Source: an uncultured Actinomycetota bacterium
GTDB taxonomy: Bacteria; Actinomycetota; Actinomycetes; Streptosporangiales; Streptosporangiaceae
Length of the DNA: 64,000 nucleotides
Direction of reading: 5' to 3'
Assembly: GCA_963730085.1 (NCBI GenBank)
Contig: CAVSQI010000012.1
Coordinates: forward strand, 14,466-78,465
The translations under genes were made by a program, and so were the position numbers. Each line of letters starts with the position of its first letter. The stretch's first letter is position 1. Of the stretch, positions 58,627-64,000 are shown piece after piece. A model generated the notes under the pieces. That model saw only the letters and a list, made by a program, of their open reading frames with translations, was not told where the DNA came from and made no database searches.

Positions 58627-59610
58627 TTGACCGGCCGGTTCCCCGCGTCGCGGCCGCGCCGGCTGCGCCAGTCCGCACCGCTTCGGCGCCTCGTCGCCCA
58701 GGTCAGCGTGCGGCCAGCGAACCTGGTCTTGCCGCTCTTCGTCAAGGAGGGCATCAGCGAGCCGGTGCCTGTCGGCTCCATGCCCGGCGTCGTCCAGCAC
58801 ACGAGGGAGAGCCTGCGCAAGGCGGCGGCCGAGGCCGTCAGCGCGGGTGTCGGCGGCCTGATCCTCTTTGGTATTCCGGCCGTCAAGGACGATCGTGGCT
58901 CGGGCGCCGATGACCCGGGCGGCATCGTGCAGCTCGCGCTGGCCGATCTAGCGGCGGAGGTCGGACACGACAGCGTCCTCATGGCTGACCTGTGCCTGGA
59001 CGAGTACACCGACCACGGGCACTGCGGTCTTCTGACGCCCGCGGGCCAGGTCGACAACGACGCGACGCTCGAGCGGTATGCGTCGATCGCGGTGGCTCAG
59101 GCGAACGCCGGAGCGCACGTCGTCGCGCCGAGCGGAATGATGGACGGCCAGGTAGGCGCCATCCGATCTGCCCTCGACGCGGCGGGCCACGACGACGTCG
59201 CCATCATGGCCTACTCGGTCAAGTACGCCTCCGCGCTCTACGGGCCGTTCCGGGATGCGGCCGAATGCACGCCGCAGTTCGGTGATCGGTCCGCCTACCA
59301 GCAGGACCCGGCCGCGGCGAAGGACGGGTTGCGTGAGGCGCTGCTCGACGTCGATGAGGGCGCCGACATCGTGATGGTCAAGCCTGCGCTGGCGTACCTA
59401 GATGTGATCAGCGAGCTGGCCGCGAACGTGCCGCTGCCGGTCGCGGCCTACCAGGTCAGTGGCGAGTACTCGATGGTGGAAGCGGCCGCCGCCAACGGCT
59501 GGCTGGACCGGGACAGGGTGATCATGGAGACGCTGACGGCGATCAGCAGAGCTGGCGCCGACATCATCCTGACGTACTGGGCCGCCGAGGTGGCCCGCAA
59601 GCTGGGCTGA
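58627..59610 (+). CDS. hemB: porphobilinogen synthase (delta-aminolevulinate dehydratase)
   Basis: Contains RPRRLRQSAPLRRLV...NLVLPLFV...VAPSGMMDGQVGAIR...YSVKYASALYGPFRDA...VKPALAYLDVI...AYQVSGEY. Confidence 0.9.
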   Translation: MTGRFPASRPRRLRQSAPLRRLVAQVSVRPANLVLPLFVKEGISEPVPVGSMPGVVQHTRESLRKAAAEAVSAGVGGLILFGIPAVKDDRGSGADDPGGIVQLALADLAAEVGHDSVLMADLCLDEYTDHGHCGLLTPAGQVDNDATLERYASIAVAQANAGAHVVAPSGMMDGQVGAIRSALDAAGHDDVAIMAYSVKYASALYGPFRDAAECTPQFGDRSAYQQDPAAAKDGLREALLDVDEGADIVMVKPALAYLDVISELAANVPLPVAAYQVSGEYSMVEAAAANGWLDRDRVIMETLTAISRAGADIILTYWAAEVARKLG

Positions 59611-59615
59611 CGTGG

Positions 59616-60720
59616 CTATTGCAGGCCGGTGGGCGCGTGCGGGCCGAAGGGCCAGTACTCAAACAGCCCCGATCCGGTGATGGTCCGGCCGTTCTCGGTG
59701 CACTCGAACGCGGCGACGCTGTCGATCATGCCCCACATCCGAGCCTTGTCCGCTGGAGCGGACAGGTCGTAGCAGACCCCCTGCACCACCAGTTCCGACC
59801 CCTGGTACATGCCGTGCTTCCAGTCGGGCTCCAGCCCGTAGCCCGTGCCAACCATGATGGAGACAGGCAGGACCGGGCGAACCGTCACCTCGATCGGGTC
59901 GCCGTCTGGCGGCGCGAAGGAAATGGTGGCGACCTGGACCTCCCGCGTGCCCGGAGCGTACTGCGGCCGGTACTCAGGCCTCCCCAGGTGCTGCGGCGGA
60001 CGGCCTGAGCTCTCCGGCCAGACTCGCACGCGCCTCCTCTAGCAGGCGGGCGCCGGCCGCGTCCTCCTGGATGATGGTCAGGATCGAGAAGTCGTCGAAC
60101 TGCATCGGCGCGTACATCCAGTAGAACTGTGCCGGGTTTCGCACCTGGATGCCTGGCGGTTCGCTCTCGCCTACGGGACGCACGCCCCAGGATCTGTCTC
60201 GTGCGCCGCGCCATCGGTCGGGCGTGACAGCGAACTCCGCGCCGCCGCTGCGCACGTGGCCGGACCATCTGCCGGTCTGGGCCAGCCGGCAGGAGTCAAA
60301 AATCACGCGCTCCTGCTGTCGGATGAAGTGTCTCGGCTCAGCCTGGGCCGGGATGACGCCTTCCCAGGTCAGGTCGAACTCCAGGTCATGGTCGTTCGGC
60401 TCAAGGACGACGCGGAGGCGCCGCAGCCCCTCGATGACCTCGATCCGGAACGGGCCGATGGACGTGTCCATGCGGTCGGCGCCGAGCTCGCGTGACGCGC
60501 GCACCACGCGATGCGTGTCCCCGTGTCGGGCCAGCGCGAAGGCGTCCGTGACGCCCAGGTTCGGGTACTGCCCCATGCCGACGATGAGCATCAGCTCATC
60601 AGTGCCGGCGTGGCAGTTGAAGTAGTACCGGTCGTAGAAGTTGCGATCGGAGGTCGCCGGGTACCTGATCGGCTGCGCAACCTGATGAACTGGATAGTCG
60701 TCGAGCGGCGACAACGTCAT
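59616..60720 (-). CDS. conserved hypothetical protein (frameshifted near 60020)
   Basis: MTLSPLDDYPVHQVAQPIRYPATSDRNFYDRYYFNCH... continues after LLEEAR in another frame as VRVWPESSGRPP...GYGLEPDWKHGMYQG. I recognise no motif. Confidence 0.5.
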
Positions 60721-60757
60721 TCTGGGTTCTCCGTGGTCGGTCGGCTCGCGGGTATCG

Positions 60758-61865
60758 TCAGCCCAACGGATTGGTCAGCTCGCCACCAGGCGGCGGCAGG
60801 CCCATGATCTTGGCCAGCAGCTGAGTGGCTGTGTTGTTGTAGGGGAAGTCGTTGTCGGGCGGCACGAGCTCATAGTGGATGAAAAGCTGGCCGATCCGAG
60901 CCATGACGACGGCGAATTTCATCGCCGAGAGCACCTCGTAGTAGTCCATGTGCGCCAGCGTTCGGCCGGTGAGCTGCTCGTAGCGCTCAATGGTCAGGTC
61001 CGCACTCGGAAAGCCGGCGAGCCTAGCGACCCCGACCCCTTCGCTGTGGTGGCGGTCGAGCAGCAAGAACCAGGCCAGATCCTCTTCGGGCTGGCCCAGC
61101 GTGGCCATTTCCCAGTCGAGCACCGCGGCCGTGCTGCCCGGCCGCGAAGATGATGTTGCCGATCCGGGAGTCACCCCACAGCAGGACGGGCTCGCCGTCT
61201 TCGGCTGGCTGGTGTCTGCGCAGCCAGGCCAGCGCTGTTTGGGCCACCGGAACGGTGCCCGCGTAGGCCCAGTCCAGGTAGTGCTCGTAATAGGCGAGGC
61301 GCTGGCTGAGCCCGGTCGGCCCGTAGCTCAGCTGGTCCACGAACCCCAGCCCGAGACCGGCGACGTCCAGCGCGTGCACTTGCGCCAGAATGCCGACGCC
61401 GGACCACCACATGCGTTCGCGCTCCGCCGGGCTAACCTCGGTGACCCAGCCACCGGTGTGATAGGGCGGCATGTCGGTCGGAACGTCGCCATCCACCCGC
61501 GTCATCACGTAGAACGGCGCACCGAGCACGGCCGGGTCGACTTCGTGCCAGTGCACTCCCGGAACCGGGATCGCGGTCTTGGCGAGGATCCGCAGTAGCG
61601 CTACCTGCTCATCGAATCTGGGCTCAGGGAAAATCTGATGGCCGGTGGGCGCCACCTTGGCCACCAGACGCTCGCGCCGCCCGGCGGCCTGGCCGCTCTC
61701 GCGCCAGGCCGCTTCGAACATGAGCGTCTCAGACGAGAAGCCGGTGTTCGCCGGCGTCTGCACCGCGTCGACCACCACGCTGTCGGCGGCCGGAAGCTGA
61801 CGAGCGAGCCATTCCTGCAGGATCTGTCGCGTCGACTCGGGGTCGCGCTGGTCAGGTACGGGCAC
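60758..61865 (-). CDS. phosphotransferase (APH/choline-kinase-like) family protein (frameshifted near 61147)
   Basis: VLLWGDSRIGNIIF is the catalytic-loop region in one frame. AAVLDWEMATLGQPEEDLAWF follows in the next. The start is placed at GTG 61865. Confidence 0.7.
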
Positions 61866-62037
61866 GTGACTGTCTCCCGCCTTGGCTGCCGTGCGCCAGA
61901 AACTGGAACACGTTCTACACGCTGGGTCGCCCTTCGTCAATGCGCGCGTCGGCGGGAGACAGGGTGGGCGCTAATGTGGCAGCGATACCGTGGTGGTCTT
62001 TGGCGCATCGCAGGCCAGGCAGGAGTGGGGTAACTAG

Positions 62038-62706
62038 TTGGTCGACACCGTGCTGCGGGTCAGACGCCGTCGGGCCGTTACCAGGACCGCCGAAGCCGCG
62101 CTCCGATACGCGGCTCTCGGGTGGCCAGTGTGCCCGGGCGAGTTCCCGCCGACGGCAACCCAGCGAAGCACCGACCGGCAGCGCGCCTGTTCATGCGATC
62201 GGATCGGGTGTCCTGCACCTGGAGCCCATCCGGTGTCGCCAGCGTGGCAGAGCGTCGCCAGCAGCGACGCCGAGGTCATCGCGAACTGGTGGCTGGCGTC
62301 GCCGACCGCCAACGTAATCCTGGTGACCGGGCGCACGTTCGATGTGCTTGACGTACCGGGCTCGGTCGGCATGACCGCCCTCGCCCGGATGGAGCGGTCC
62401 GGGCTGCGACCCGGTCCGGTCGCCATGAGCACAGGGCGGGCGCAATTCTTCGTCCGGTCCAGGGGCGCACCAGCCGACGAGAACGAATGGTGGAGTTGTC
62501 ACCTTGATTGCGAGCCCGAGACGATCGCGGATGTAACCGGGCTGCGCTGGCACTGCCGGGACAGTTACGTCCTGGCGCCGCCGTCGGTGACTGGCACGGG
62601 TGCAGCGTGCCGCTGGCTCCGGGATCCGCGCACTCACGAGCTGCCCGACGGCCTGCTGCTCCTGGAGATTCTCTCCGATGTCTGCGAGGAGGCCAGCTCG
62701 TCGTGA
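62038..62706 (+). CDS. bifunctional DNA primase/polymerase (prim-pol) N-terminal domain protein
   Basis: [15 protein letters not shown]...[16 protein letters not shown]...[17 protein letters not shown] resembles the pfam Prim-Pol N-terminal domain. The true start may be an internal GTG. Confidence 0.55.
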   Translation: MVDTVLRVRRRRAVTRTAEAALRYAALGWPVCPGEFPPTATQRSTDRQRACSCDRIGCPAPGAHPVSPAWQSVASSDAEVIANWWLASPTANVILVTGRTFDVLDVPGSVGMTALARMERSGLRPGPVAMSTGRAQFFVRSRGAPADENEWWSCHLDCEPETIADVTGLRWHCRDSYVLAPPSVTGTGAACRWLRDPRTHELPDGLLLLEILSDVCEEASSS

Positions 62707-64000
62707 GTCGTACCCGCGGTACGTCAGCCGAGCTTTTCAGGCGCGCGACGGAGCTGATGCCGGGCGGAGTCAACTCACCGGTACGAGCCTTCGGCTCGGT
62801 CGGCGGCGTTCCCGTCTTTATGGCGTCAGGACGCGGCCCGTACCTCACCGATGTAGACGGCAACACGTACGTCGACTTGGTGTGCTCCTGGGGGCCGATG
62901 ATCCTTGGCCATGCGCATCCAGCGGTGATTGGCGCTGTGACATCGGCCGCCGCGCACGGCACATCGTTCGGCACGGCGACCGCCGCCGAGGCGGACCTGG
63001 CGGCTGAGCTCATTCGCCGGACGCCCGTGGAGAAGGTTCGGTTGGTCAACTCCGGCACCGAGGCCACGATGTCCGCCCTGAGGCTCGCCAGGGGATACAC
63101 CGGCAGACGGCTGGTCGTCAAGTTCGCGGGCTGCTACCACGGCCACGTGGACGCGCTGCTGGCCGCCGCCGGTTCGGGCGTCGCGACGTTCGGCCTGCCT
63201 GACTCGCCCGGCGTAACCGGTGCGGCGGCCGCCGACACGCTCGTGCTTCCGTATAACGACCCCGAGGCAGTGCGGCAGGCCTTCGCCGCGAACGGAGCGG
63301 ACATCGCGTGCGTCATCACGGAGGCGTGCCCGGCGAACATGGGCGTGGTGCCGCCAGCTGCGGGATTCAACGAGCTGTTGTCCGCGCTCTGCGGCGAATA
63401 CGGCGCGCTGCTGATCATGGACGAGGTGCTGACCGGATTCCGCGTGACTGGTTCTGGCTGGTATGGGCGCGAAGGGATCGCCGGCGACCTGATGACGTTC
63501 GGCAAGGTGATGGGCGGCGGCCTGCCTGCCGCGGCGTTCGGTGGCCGGGCCGACATTATGGATCGGCTCGCCCCGGTCGGACCCGTGTACCAGGCTGGCA
63601 CGCTATCCGGGAACCCCCTCGCGACCGCGGCCGGGATGGCCACGCTGCGGGAGTGTACGGCTGAGGTGTACGCGCGAGTCGACGAGGCGGCCGCCGTAAT
63701 CGCGAAGCTGGCCGCCGACGCGCTGACGTCCGCCGGCGTGCCGTTCCGCCTGCAGGAGGCCGGCAGCCTCTTCTCGATTTTCCTCGGCGTCACCGACCCG
63801 GTCCGCGATTTCGGCGCTGCTCGCTCACAGTCCTCGCCGGCCTACGCCGCGTTCTTTCACGCGATGCTGGACGGCGGCGTCTACCTGCCGCCGTCGCCGT
63901 ATGAGGCCTGGTTCCTGTCGGCCGCGCATGACGAGGTCGCGATCGGCCAGATCGCGGACGCGCTGCCAGCGGCCGCGTCGGCGGCGGCCGCTGCTATCGG
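62703..64000 (+). CDS. hemL: glutamate-1-semialdehyde 2,1-aminomutase (3' end runs off the window)
   Basis: GTG 62703 overlaps the previous stop. Manual translation gives [28 protein letters not shown]...[17 protein letters not shown]...[20 protein letters not shown]...FAGCYHGH...[11 protein letters not shown]...[11 protein letters not shown]. It is absent from the ORF track because no stop is reached. Confidence 0.9.
   Translation, partial: MSRTRGTSAELFRRATELMPGGVNSPVRAFGSVGGVPVFMASGRGPYLTDVDGNTYVDLVCSWGPMILGHAHPAVIGAVTSAAAHGTSFGTATAAEADLAAELIRRTPVEKVRLVNSGTEATMSALRLARGYTGRRLVVKFAGCYHGHVDALLAAAGSGVATFGLPDSPGVTGAAAADTLVLPYNDPEAVRQAFAANGADIACVITEACPANMGVVPPAAGFNELLSALCGEYGALLIMDEVLTGFRVTGSGWYGREGIAGDLMTFGKVMGGGLPAAAFGGRADIMDRLAPVGPVYQAGTLSGNPLATAAGMATLRECTAEVYARVDEAAAVIAKLAADALTSAGVPFRLQEAGSLFSIFLGVTDPVRDFGAARSQSSPAYAAFFHAMLDGGVYLPPSPYEAWFLSAAHDEVAIGQIADALPAAASAAAAAI

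Noticed and set aside
57807-59057. 416-aa minus-strand ORF opposite cobA/hemD and hemB
   Set aside because: It is antisense to recognisable haem genes and its translation is low-complexity.

Overview
High-GC (by eye about 70%) chromosomal segment from an actinomycete. Lineage markers are mycothiol synthase MshD, GlnR, ribosomal protein bS22 and a rex-hemACD operon. Most of the window is core metabolism. In order it carries: an AraC/VOC pair, an epoxide hydrolase, a GH76 enzyme, a PBP-type carboxypeptidase, an orphan pyrH, pstSCAB facing phoU, a dipeptidase, Ppx, and a PTS-dependent dihydroxyacetone kinase locus (glpF-dhaK-dhaL-EI / iclR / EIIA-HPr). It continues with a DivIVA-domain protein, mshD-glnR, a sulfur and redox block (MoaD-like, ECF sigma with ZAS anti-sigma, thioredoxin-like, DUF4395, rhodanese, DUF1416), murT-gatD, a Fur-family regulator with ygfZ, proline dehydrogenase-proC, an excisionase-like HTH, bS22, an acyltransferase, a SerB-like HAD hydrolase, rex-hemA-hemC-cobA/hemD-hemB and hemL. 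From memory, the gene order parallels the M. tuberculosis Rv0814c-Rv0821c and Rv0496-Rv0512 neighbourhoods. The one block I cannot assign to a known system lies at 33.3-41.9 kb. It is a tightly packed, same-strand set led by a GntR/HutC-like regulator. It holds two membrane proteins that resemble type IV coupling proteins but have eroded P-loops, a PhzF-like isomerase, and a roughly 1040-aa HerA/FtsK-superfamily ATPase with intact Walker motifs. No relaxase, integrase or other transfer genes are present. The sequence as given also carries about 20 frameshifts, several in essential genes (hemA has three), which points to assembly indels rather than gene decay. I saw no rRNA, tRNA, CRISPR array or IS element. 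All homology calls are by-eye motif recognition on the supplied translations.
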